The notes beneath the pieces were generated by a model, which was not told where the DNA came from, did no database searches, and saw only the letters and a program-made list of their open reading frames with translations. Positions 1 through 7,414 of a stretch of 28,985 nucleotides of DNA are shown here, in pieces. The position numbers were made by a program, and so were the translations under genes. Each line of letters begins with the position of its first letter. Position 1 is the first letter of the stretch. The stretch is from a virus (lineage: Duplodnaviria > Caudoviricetes), in the IMG/VR virus record IMGVR_UViG_3300008120_000428, positions 1 through 28,985 of that record; one strand, 5' to 3'.

Positions 1-1
1 G

Positions 2-517
2 GGCAAATACAAACCAAAAAGCGATCGCTATATTCCCAGTGATGAAGAAATCGAAAGAATTTGGGAAAGCATCACTAATCCCAGTTGGCGCTGGATATTT
101 GGAATTTTGGCTACCTATGGCCTGCGACCCCATGAATTATTTCATCTTGATCTTTCTAAACTCCCAGTCATCAAGATTTCCGAGGATACCAAATCAGGGG
201 CGCGGTTGGTTTATCCCGTGCCGGCCCATTGGCTCGAAAAATTTGACCTTGCCAATGGCAACTTTCCCAACTTTGATCTAGAGGGGGAACTATCCAACAC
301 CTCTCTAGGCAATAAAATTTCCGTGGGATTCAAGCAAAGGAATCTCGGCGTGGTTCCTTACAGTCTCCGCGATGCTTACGCCGTTCGGTGCGCCGTCTTG
401 GGGATAGATTCCAGCATTGCCGCTAAGTGGATGGGTCACTCAATTGATATTCATGTCAAGCATTATCAGAAATATATTGATGAGATCGCGATGCACAGAA
501 TTTGGTCTAAGCTGTGA
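2..517 (+). CDS. int: Tyrosine recombinase/phage integrase, C-terminal catalytic domain (5' truncated by the window edge)
   Basis: Frame is open from position 2 (GKYKPKSDRYIPSDEEIERIW...). Catalytic motifs: TYGLRPHE (R), TKSG (K), PYSLRDAYA (R), WMGHS (H), KHYQKY (Y). Confidence 0.93.
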   Translation, partial: GKYKPKSDRYIPSDEEIERIWESITNPSWRWIFGILATYGLRPHELFHLDLSKLPVIKISEDTKSGARLVYPVPAHWLEKFDLANGNFPNFDLEGELSNTSLGNKISVGFKQRNLGVVPYSLRDAYAVRCAVLGIDSSIAAKWMGHSIDIHVKHYQKYIDEIAMHRIWSKL

Positions 518-537
518 CATGATAGCAGTCTCTACCG

Positions 538-551
538 TTCCATCGATGGAA
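538..551. promoter_or_regulatory. Perfect 14-bp palindrome TTCCATCGATGGAA (second copy 1474-1487); candidate operator
   Basis: Read directly and identical in both repeat copies; function is inferred. Confidence 0.4.
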
Positions 552-575
552 GTGGACAATTCGGATAGTGGCATA
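552..575 (+). promoter_or_regulatory. Repeated quasi-palindromic motif, copy 1 (GTGGACA-N8-AGTGGCATA)
   Basis: Related copies at 1067, 1489 and 2023, each upstream of a small + strand gene. Confidence 0.6.
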
Positions 576-617
576 GTCTGACTCCTATGATATGGGAATA
601 GGTGATTAGATTAAAGC

Positions 618-1091
618 ATGAAAACGGGATTAAGACTACTACAAAAAAACCCACAAAAACTAAAAAACATTGCAGCCATGATTATCGAAACTAGATTAAA
701 TGATTTGTTTGATGGAATTAATGAAAGAGAAATTATCGATTTTTGTCAAAACTTTTATTTAGGTAAGTGGTGCTTTGAAAAAAAATGCTACCGCATACGC
801 GGTATTATTAAAGATCAGGAAAATTATTTTATTGTTGACATTTATAACGACTTTGAGGTTAAGATTGATGGTTATTTACTGTATCAAACGCAAGAACCAA
901 ATATGCTCGAAGCTTGGGTTCAGATCAGTTCAATAGACAAAAAAGCAGAGGTTATTATCGAAGATGATAATTATCCAGATAAATTACGAAAAGACTTAAC
1001 TAGCCTGATTCCTAAAATCACAGAAATAATAAATGTGATTTTAGAATTTATTAAAAAATTTATAACTGTGACACTTGAGATAGTGGCATAA
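618..1091 (+). CDS. Hypothetical protein (157 aa), AT-rich accessory gene
   Basis: ORF track. The ATG ends the conserved repeat, and the stop codon lies inside motif copy 2. Confidence 0.7.
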   Translation: MKTGLRLLQKNPQKLKNIAAMIIETRLNDLFDGINEREIIDFCQNFYLGKWCFEKKCYRIRGIIKDQENYFIVDIYNDFEVKIDGYLLYQTQEPNMLEAWVQISSIDKKAEVIIEDDNYPDKLRKDLTSLIPKITEIINVILEFIKKFITVTLEIVA

Positions 1092-1100
1092 TCTAACCCC
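1067..1100 (+). promoter_or_regulatory. Repeated motif, copy 2 (TGTGACA-CTTGAGAT-AGTGGCATA-ATCTAACCCC)
   Basis: TGACACTTGAGATAGTGGCATAATCTAACCCC is identical at 1069-1100 and 1491-1522. Confidence 0.75.
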
Positions 1101-1148
1101 CACGATTTAGTTATTATCTATCATTAACAAATAAACAGAAGTAAAAAT

Positions 1149-1337
1149 ATGCTACAAAATATAGCCCATTATCGATTAAGTTTTCTAAAAATGTCCGAAT
1201 TAAGAAAATTAGCGTTTGAATATGGACTTCCAAAACAACGATGGAATCGAACAATCTTAATTGCTGAACTTAGTAAAGTTATCGACTGGACGACACTGCC
1301 AAAACCTAAAACAACAGTTGACTGGTTTAAATTTTAG
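1149..1337 (+). CDS. Small protein with Rho-termination-factor N-terminal (helix-extension-helix)-like domain
   Basis: LSFLKMSELRKLAFEYGLPKQRWNRTILIAEL fits the L..L...ELR.LA...GL.......K..LI..L pattern. Confidence 0.6.
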   Translation: MLQNIAHYRLSFLKMSELRKLAFEYGLPKQRWNRTILIAELSKVIDWTTLPKPKTTVDWFKF

Positions 1338-1351
1338 TTTTCAGTAGAATT

Positions 1352-1453
1352 ATTGCCGCTAAGTGGATGGGTCACTCAATTGATATTCATGTGGAGCATT
1401 ACCAGAAATATATTGATGCGATTGCCATGCACCGAATCTGGTCTAAGCTGTGA
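1352..1453 (+). pseudogene. Orphan duplicate of the last 33 integrase codons (IAAKWMGHSIDIHVEHYQKYIDAIAMHRIWSKL*)
   Basis: Six synonymous and two non-synonymous differences from 416-517; no upstream integrase sequence. Confidence 0.9.
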
Positions 1454-1488
1454 CATGATAGCAGTCTCTACCGTTCCATCGATGGAAG

Positions 1489-1522
1489 TATGACACTTGA
1501 GATAGTGGCATAATCTAACCCC
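1489..1522 (+). promoter_or_regulatory. Repeated motif, copy 3
   Basis: TATGACA-CTTGAGAT-AGTGGCATA-ATCTAACCCC, read directly. Confidence 0.75.
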
Positions 1523-1575
1523 TGCGATATAAAAATAGGTGATTAGATTAAAGCATGGACAAATAGGAGATTAAA

Positions 1576-2037
1576 GTGAACACGCTAGAAACCAAATTAA
1601 ACAAATTAAACGCTCAGCTACGAGTCACTCGTGGCAGTCGTGCTAGAGCTAAATTAGTGATTAAAATATTAGCAGTAGAAGCCGCCATTGAACAGCTTCA
1701 AAAAAATGTGATCGTAGCCTTTAAAAAACTACCCAAAACTCGCACTCTTACCCTTGAAACTCCTAAACGAGCTTGGAAAGCGTGGATCGCTAAAATATCT
1801 AGCGAAAGAGATCTTAAATATGGTGGCTACAAAAAACAATTTATCGAGCCTGTAAGTCGGAAATTTGAAGGTAAAAAAGGAGAGGTGTCAGCAACTTTTG
1901 AAATCCCCATTGATTTAAATTCAATTTATCAAGATAGCGATGGGGATTACTGGGTATTTGAAAATATCAAAGGAGAAATTCAGTGTATTTCTTATCAAGA
2001 AGTATGTTATCGTTTCTCTCATCGTGCCAGTGCTTAA
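1576..2037 (+). CDS. Hypothetical protein (153 aa) with basic N-terminal helical region
   Basis: GTG start with AGGAG at 1565-1569; the stop codon lies inside motif copy 4. Confidence 0.8.
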   Translation: MNTLETKLNKLNAQLRVTRGSRARAKLVIKILAVEAAIEQLQKNVIVAFKKLPKTRTLTLETPKRAWKAWIAKISSERDLKYGGYKKQFIEPVSRKFEGKKGEVSATFEIPIDLNSIYQDSDGDYWVFENIKGEIQCISYQEVCYRFSHRASA

Positions 2038-2047
2038 AAGTGGCACA
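2023..2047 (+). promoter_or_regulatory. Repeated motif, copy 4 (CGTGCCA-N9-AGTGGCACA; GTGCCA/TGGCAC inverted arms)
   Basis: Read directly; the spacer is one base longer than in the other copies. Confidence 0.55.
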
Positions 2048-2087
2048 GTCAAACAACCACATTGACACACACAAGAGAACAAATCAA

Positions 2088-2570
2088 GTGAATTACCCTA
2101 GATACCCTTTTACTTATTGGTACAAAAAGATTGATACTGACGAGATATTGGAAGCTTCTAGTCTCGCTGAAGTTCCAGAAGATGAAACCATTTTATTTAC
2201 TAACGTTTATCAGATTCATCGATTTTTACAGCATATCGGATGCGCTGGTATATCTGGGCATGATAATAACAAATTCATGCAATCTCCTGATCGCATTTTT
2301 ATTCTAGAAATTTTGCCACTAGCAATTGAGAAATATGGGCAAATTTACCCTATTGTTTATCGGGGAGTTAGCGGTAATTTGCCAGATAGCAAGCATCGCT
2401 ATTTATTTGGAAGTCTCGATAGAGAAGTAGCTGAATATTATGGAGAAGTCCGCGAGTACCACAGTGTAAAAGGGTTGCACTTTAGAAGCACTGTCAAATC
2501 AGTAAAGACGGGAGATTATGACGATGGTGACAGTGAGGTAATTTTTCTGCCAAATAAGGAATCAAAATGA
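2088..2570 (+). CDS. Putative R-S-E type ADP-ribosyltransferase (probable GTG start at 2088; ORF open from 1983)
   Basis: Ordered motifs IVYRGV, LFGSLDREVAEYYG and DSEVIFLP match the ART strand pattern. Confidence 0.5.
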   Translation: MNYPRYPFTYWYKKIDTDEILEASSLAEVPEDETILFTNVYQIHRFLQHIGCAGISGHDNNKFMQSPDRIFILEILPLAIEKYGQIYPIVYRGVSGNLPDSKHRYLFGSLDREVAEYYGEVREYHSVKGLHFRSTVKSVKTGDYDDGDSEVIFLPNKESK

Positions 2571-2893
2571 TTACATCTCGCCAAGCCCACATTTATCGGG
2601 TGTGGGCTGATCATTACGGGCTGCTTCCGCTTCCCCTTACCGAAAAGCACCGGCTTTATCGGTATAAGGCTAATAAAAAATTAGCCGAAAAGTTAGGCGT
2701 GCAACAAGAACACATTCGCCGCGCCGTTTATAAAGTTTATCGGTGTTTGGAAGCGGGAGAATTGCTCCCCCCAGAGGGAAAACATTGTCCTAAGTGCCAC
2801 AGTAAAAATCTTCATCAATTACCCGATACTAAGGCAGGAAATCAGCAATTTTATTGTCAAGACTGCCATCACAGGTTTGTCTGGTTTGAATAA
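2567..2893 (+). CDS. HTH plus C4 zinc-ribbon protein, probable transcription regulator
   Basis: KKLAEKLGVQQEHIRRAVYKV (HTH-like); CPKC...CQDC; ATGA overlap with the upstream gene. Confidence 0.7.
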   Translation: MITSRQAHIYRVWADHYGLLPLPLTEKHRLYRYKANKKLAEKLGVQQEHIRRAVYKVYRCLEAGELLPPEGKHCPKCHSKNLHQLPDTKAGNQQFYCQDCHHRFVWFE

Positions 2894-2915
2894 TTTGATA
2901 TGACAGGAGTAAAAA

Positions 2916-3134
2916 ATGCAATCTGAAAAAAATAATTTGGATGTAACGAAAGTTTTTTGGGTTGACAATACGTGGCTGACTTGTGAAATGTTATCAATAT
3001 CAGGCAACCCGCCTCACGTTTTGATTGTTGAGACAGAGCTTAACCCTGAGTGTAATTGGAATAAAAGTTCTTTTTATGGTCCTTACTTGGGCGATTACAT
3101 TGATTTTTTAATAAAACCAAATAATTTGATATAA
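2916..3134 (+). CDS. Hypothetical protein (72 aa)
   Basis: ORF track; AGGAG RBS upstream. Confidence 0.65.
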   Translation: MQSEKNNLDVTKVFWVDNTWLTCEMLSISGNPPHVLIVETELNPECNWNKSSFYGPYLGDYIDFLIKPNNLI

Positions 3135-3156
3135 TAAACCTGAGTTTACAGGTTGC

Positions 3157-3192
3157 AAGCTTTGCGTATCTCGGAGCGCAAAGCTTATTTTT
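3157..3192. terminator. Hairpin terminator between convergent genes
   Basis: AAGCTTTGCG (3157-3166) pairs with CGCAAAGCTT (3177-3186), followed by ATTTTT. Confidence 0.65.
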
Positions 3193-3310
3193 GATAAAAC
3201 TTAGTAATTCTCTCTAAATCTTCAATAGCCTCATCTAACCCTTGAGCAGGTAAATATTTAATCAAGAGCAACAACTTAACTAACTTTTCTTTTATTTTTT
3301 CTTTATTCAT
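3185..3310 (-). CDS. Small 41-aa protein missing from the ORF track (MNKEKIKEKLVKLLLLIKYLPAQGLDEAIEDLERITKFYQK)
   Basis: ATG at 3310 with GGGAG 8 nt upstream; TAA at 3185-3187 abuts the terminator. Confidence 0.6.
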   Translation of the reverse strand: MNKEKIKEKLVKLLLLIKYLPAQGLDEAIEDLERITKFYQK

Positions 3311-3380
3311 AAAAAAAACTCCCAGAATTGCTTCTGAGAATTAGGGGGTCTAAGGAATATAACTATAATATCACAAAATA

Positions 3381-5831
3381 ATGACCGCAGAAATTTTAAT
3401 CAGTGCCGCTATTAGCCTAGCCTTAACTGGTGTTTCGGCACTTTTGCAACCAAGTCGGAACGAAAAAGTACAACAGGGAAAAATAGATAATTTTACCGAG
3501 CCACGGGGTAGCTACGGTGACATTATTTCCGACGTTTGGGGATTGGGGAGAGTATCAGGGATTTTAATCTTTGGTACTTTTCCCCCAGAGGAAGTCGTCA
3601 GCGTCGAAACTGAAAGTCAAGGAAAAGGGCCGCGCAACTCCACCACTACCGAAACCTACACTTATTTTGGCAATTTTGCTTTTTTACTTTGCACTAAATC
3701 CACGGAAGTCAAGGAAATTCGCTTTAATTCCAAGCTAGTTTATAAGGATGGAGCCACTGATCCGATTATCAGTTCTAAGGGCGGCTCAATCCGAGTTTAC
3801 AATGGCAGCGACAATCAAACCGTAGATTCGCTTTTATCTGCTGAATTAGGCGATGCTGCCCTCGCTTACCGTGGCCGATCCTATATCGTTGGGGAAGGAA
3901 TTCCCCTAGAAGAATTTGGCAACTCCTATCCCCAGTGTTCCGCAATCGTCCGCAATGGTAGCCCTAAGCTATCTGAGGTAATCTCCGATATTTGCCTACA
4001 ATCAAGCGATTTAGTATCTGATGATATTGAGGTATCTGAATTAAATAACATCGACGTTCGCGGTTTTCAAACCAATTCTGAAGGAACTATCGCCGAAAAA
4101 CTGCAAGCCTTGCAGAAAATCCACTTTTTCGACTTAATCGACACTGGGGCGAAATTGCGATTCCAGACGCAATTTCGCCCTACTGCCAGTGCCTCTATTC
4201 CAGTGGGATTAATGGGAGCGCATGAAGAAAACAGCGAACGACCCCGACCGTGGCGAGAAAGCCGGCCAGACTTAACCCAGTTACCCTCACGGGTTGAGAT
4301 CAAGTTTTTAGACATCGATCGCAACCTAGAACCAAATGTTTCTCAATCCGTAATTTTTCCAGGGGCGGATCATACCCGCGTAGAAAGTATTGATTTTACC
4401 GGCGCTCTAAGCACTTCAGAAGCCAAAACAATAGCCGATCGCACCCTTTGGAGAATCTGGACAAGCGCACGAACTCAGGATTTTTCCTTACCCCCCAGAT
4501 ATGTCAACTTAGAAGCCGGGGACGTGATCGAGGTGGAATTGTACGGTAGCGAATCTCAACAATTGCAGATAGAATCTCTTTCCTACGGTGCTAACCATCT
4601 TCTACAGGCAAAAACCAAAGCCTACAATCCCCTAATCTACGGATGGTCCGAAACCAACAGCGCCCCCGACGACCCCGATTACTCCTCCCTTTCCCCCCTC
4701 CCCCCTACCCCCCCCAGAGATACCTCGCTCCCGATTGTTTCCCCCACAACTCTAAGAGTGCTAGATATTCCCCTCGCCTACCCCACCGATACCCCTGGGA
4801 TTTATGCCTTTGCCGATGGCGATGCTAATTGGAGAAATGCAACGCTTTATGTGTCGCTTGATTTAGGCGTGACCTACGAATTTGCCGGCACTTTTATCAC
4901 TCGCTCTACCTTTGGAACCGCTCAAACTATTTTCAACGGTACATCCGTAGATATCCGCGTCCCCTTCCACGCTTCCCTTGCCTCACTTTCTACGGCTTTA
5001 TTCCTGGAAGGGAAAAACCGCGCCTTGCTTGGCTCAGAAATTTTAGATTTTCAGAATGCCACTTTAACCGGCAATCAGGGAAGTGACAGAATTTACCAGC
5101 TAACCGCTCCTTTTACCCGTGGCACTCCCCAAGCCCACGCCGCTAACGAAAATTTTTATCTCCTCTCCGGGTACAAATTAAATCTCCCCGCCCAACGATC
5201 AGACATCGGAAAAACCTTCTACTTTAAAGCCCTATCCCCTGGCCAGACTCTAGCCGATGTTGCTCCAGTGACTTTACTTTTTCAGGGAAAAGCTTTTCAG
5301 GTGGCGATTAACGATTTCTCGCCTCGACAAGGGGCGATCGGAGCTACCGTGACAATCACGGGACTGGGATTTACCGGAGCCACGGCGGTCAGCTTTAATA
5401 ATGTCCCCGCTCAATTTACCGTGGTCAGCGATACTACCCTCACCGCAGTAGTAGCCATCGGAACCACTACGGGAAAAATCAGAGTCACAGCCCCGTTAGG
5501 AGTCGGGGTCAGTGCCGTTGACTTTACAATTGTTAACGATGCGTCGCTGCTATCAATTCAAGATGAGGGGAATTTAGTAGGTGCAAGACCGACCCTCAAC
5601 TTTATCGGTCCAAATGTTGCTGCCACTGATAACTTTGAGAGCGATCGAGTCGATATTACAATTAATCCCCCAACAATTCAGGATGAGGGGGTGGTAATTG
5701 CAGCTCGGCCTACCCTAAACTTTATCGGGACAAATGTTACGGCTGTTGATAATCCAGGGAGCGATCGAGTAGATGTTACTATAACTGGATTAACCAAAGA
5801 TGATTGGCGATTATTTTATTTTTGGGGATAA
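3381..5831 (+). CDS. Tail-tip/host-specificity protein (GTA g15-like, putative phage tail family) with C-terminal IPT/TIG domain and two 40-aa repeats
   Basis: SYGDIISDVWG, YTYFGNFAFLLC, IRVYNGSDNQTVDSLL, AYRGRSYIV, LEEFGNSYP, LPSRVEIKFLD, LEAGDVI, LDIPL, GKNRALLGSEILDF. IPT motif: INDFSPRQGAIGATVTITGLGF. Confidence 0.85.
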   Translation: MTAEILISAAISLALTGVSALLQPSRNEKVQQGKIDNFTEPRGSYGDIISDVWGLGRVSGILIFGTFPPEEVVSVETESQGKGPRNSTTTETYTYFGNFAFLLCTKSTEVKEIRFNSKLVYKDGATDPIISSKGGSIRVYNGSDNQTVDSLLSAELGDAALAYRGRSYIVGEGIPLEEFGNSYPQCSAIVRNGSPKLSEVISDICLQSSDLVSDDIEVSELNNIDVRGFQTNSEGTIAEKLQALQKIHFFDLIDTGAKLRFQTQFRPTASASIPVGLMGAHEENSERPRPWRESRPDLTQLPSRVEIKFLDIDRNLEPNVSQSVIFPGADHTRVESIDFTGALSTSEAKTIADRTLWRIWTSARTQDFSLPPRYVNLEAGDVIEVELYGSESQQLQIESLSYGANHLLQAKTKAYNPLIYGWSETNSAPDDPDYSSLSPLPPTPPRDTSLPIVSPTTLRVLDIPLAYPTDTPGIYAFADGDANWRNATLYVSLDLGVTYEFAGTFITRSTFGTAQTIFNGTSVDIRVPFHASLASLSTALFLEGKNRALLGSEILDFQNATLTGNQGSDRIYQLTAPFTRGTPQAHAANENFYLLSGYKLNLPAQRSDIGKTFYFKALSPGQTLADVAPVTLLFQGKAFQVAINDFSPRQGAIGATVTITGLGFTGATAVSFNNVPAQFTVVSDTTLTAVVAIGTTTGKIRVTAPLGVGVSAVDFTIVNDASLLSIQDEGNLVGARPTLNFIGPNVAATDNFESDRVDITINPPTIQDEGVVIAARPTLNFIGTNVTAVDNPGSDRVDVTITGLTKDDWRLFYFWG
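5554..5783 (+). repeat. Two tandem 120-bp-period coding repeats (IQDEG...ARPTLNFIG.NV...DN...DRVD.TI)
   Basis: CAATTCA(A/G)GATGAGGGG at 5554 and 5674; GCGATCGAGT at 5641 and 5761. Confidence 0.9.
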
Positions 5832-5834
5832 ATT

Positions 5835-6149
5835 ATGCAATTAGCACGAATATTAGGAATAGCAACTCTAAGCACTTCTTTAACCACTCAATACACCGTC
5901 CCCATTGGAGCAACTACCCGCATCACCAGAATAAGCATAGCAGCTGGATCGACTGCTAACGGTGTCACAATTCAGATTAAAGATAGTAGCTTAAATATTA
6001 CCAAAAATCTTTGGAACGGTCGCAGTTTAGCCGCTAATACTACAGCCGAAATCTTTGATTTAATCTTAGAAGCAGGCGATCAAATTTTAGCCAAAACACA
6101 AACAGCCACCGATTTTGATATAATTATTATGGGAATTGAGGATGTTTAA
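5835..6149 (+). CDS. Small beta-rich tail-associated protein (104 aa)
   Basis: Starts 3 nt after the tip gene; YTVP...LILEAGDQI pattern resembles small phage tail proteins. Confidence 0.65.
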   Translation: MQLARILGIATLSTSLTTQYTVPIGATTRITRISIAAGSTANGVTIQIKDSSLNITKNLWNGRSLAANTTAEIFDLILEAGDQILAKTQTATDFDIIIMGIEDV

Positions 6150-6334
6150 TGTTTTTCCGTGAATCAAATCCCAGAAGATTTCGCCCCAATTTTGGAATTT
6201 ATGGACTTGAAGAAGATTTGGTTTTTAATCAATCGGTGAATTATTGTTTAGGCATTTTGCCCACCAGACCGATAAAAATTGTCATTCTTCTTAATCAATC
6301 TGTAATTTATTGCCAGCAAAATATTATTAGATAG
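6149..6334 (+). CDS. 61-aa protein with duplicated NQ...YC motif, homologous to the linker of 7415-8977
   Basis: TAATG coupling; 6227-6331 aligns to the reverse complement of 8036-8140 (about 73% nt identity by hand). Confidence 0.65.
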   Translation: MFFRESNPRRFRPNFGIYGLEEDLVFNQSVNYCLGILPTRPIKIVILLNQSVIYCQQNIIR

Positions 6335-6344
6335 TTAAGAACTT

Positions 6345-7280
6345 TTAGGGATCTAAGTTAATTATTTGCATAACAATTCCCGAAGAGCCACTCATAGTAA
6401 TATTTTCGGTAATAATTGGCATCATCAATCTTCCGCCGCCATTTACGGTTGCTACGATCAAATAAAATTCGTTTCCTGTTGTTTTGCCAGCCACTTGTGT
6501 CAGGCTATTTACAGGCAAATTTTGAGAAGTATAAAGTAGAAAAGGACGCGCTTTTCCTAAAGGATAATTAGTGCCATAATCTGTAACACCGTTATCCAAA
6601 AAAATAACGTCGGAAGCGTTAGCCCCTGGAGTAACAGTGGCGCAATTTATTGAAGTTTTAACGGTAACACCTTGTTCCCCGCCCCAATCAGCAGTGATTG
6701 TCTTGATTCGTTTTTGCCTCTTAAAAGTTGCGGGATTATTTTGATCGCAATATCCACTGACATAATCTAAAGGATAAAAGTTGGTATTTCCATAAGTAGC
6801 AATGCTTGCGGGATCGTCGCAATAACCAAAATATTGAAATACGTAGCTGTTGCTATTGTCAGTAATAGCAAAAGTAGCAATCCCTTTATTGTCACCGATG
6901 GCATAAAAATAGTTTGGGGGAAGACTTTGTCCACCAACACCAATACTACCGCGATCGTTAGTTAAAGCATAAGTTTGTGCCGTGTGGGAAAGGAAATTGG
7001 CAAAACTAGGATAGGAAGAGTTTAGAATAACTAACCGGCTTGTTGGCGTTATTTGCGCGCCAGTTACCGCCCCAAAAGATAGTAAATCAGTGTCAACCGC
7101 AGGAAATCGCAAATTTATAAAATAATTAGGATTATCCCAAAAAGCCCTGTGAGTTGAAGTAATTCCAATTCCATCTAAAAATAAGAAAAAATTAGTAGTA
7201 TCATAAACAACTCCTTCCTCTAAAGCCGTGCGATACCCGTAAGTAGTAAATCCGTATCTTGAGTTAATAACTGAAGGCAT
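6345..7280 (-). CDS. Hypothetical protein (311 aa), probably tail/receptor-binding associated
   Basis: ORF track; T/N/G/Y-rich composition; sits in the tail cluster. Confidence 0.65.
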   Translation of the reverse strand: MPSVINSRYGFTTYGYRTALEEGVVYDTTNFFLFLDGIGITSTHRAFWDNPNYFINLRFPAVDTDLLSFGAVTGAQITPTSRLVILNSSYPSFANFLSHTAQTYALTNDRGSIGVGGQSLPPNYFYAIGDNKGIATFAITDNSNSYVFQYFGYCDDPASIATYGNTNFYPLDYVSGYCDQNNPATFKRQKRIKTITADWGGEQGVTVKTSINCATVTPGANASDVIFLDNGVTDYGTNYPLGKARPFLLYTSQNLPVNSLTQVAGKTTGNEFYLIVATVNGGGRLMMPIITENITMSGSSGIVMQIINLDP

Positions 7281-7283
7281 AAT

Positions 7284-7390
7284 TTATTTAGTAATCTTTT
7301 GTGGCCAGTATATCGTAAAACCAGAGCAGTAAATTAAAAATTGACAAAACTCAGGCAAGGATTGTTATAAAGTAATCTTCAAATCTTCTA
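7284..7390 (-). pseudogene. Degenerate third copy of the NQ...YC motif gene (...QFLIYCSG-FTIYWPQKITK*)
   Basis: 7306-7344 joins two pieces matching 8055-8068 and 8115-8138 (internal deletion); in-frame stop upstream. Confidence 0.6.
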
Positions 7391-7414
7391 TAAACGAGAT
7401 AATAAAGATATAGA

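Larger units (their letters stand above)
416..620 (+). repeat. Direct repeat copy 1 (integrase 3' end plus downstream intergenic region); copy 2 at 1352-1557
   Basis: 416-553 vs 1352-1489 shows 8 mismatches in 138 nt by manual alignment. AATAGGTGATTAGATTAAAGCATG is identical at 597-620 and 1534-1557. Confidence 0.95.

Noticed and set aside
39-281. 80-aa ORF (also 2819-3007, 4067-4324 and 4643-4828)
   Set aside because: Alternative-frame or antisense overlaps of better-supported genes.
552-2047. CRISPR array
   Set aside because: The repeats are 420-540 bp apart and separated by whole genes; no cas genes.
2567-2893. IS1 InsA transposase fragment
   Set aside because: The zinc ribbon is similar but C-terminal to an HTH; no InsB/DDE ORF or terminal inverted repeats were seen.
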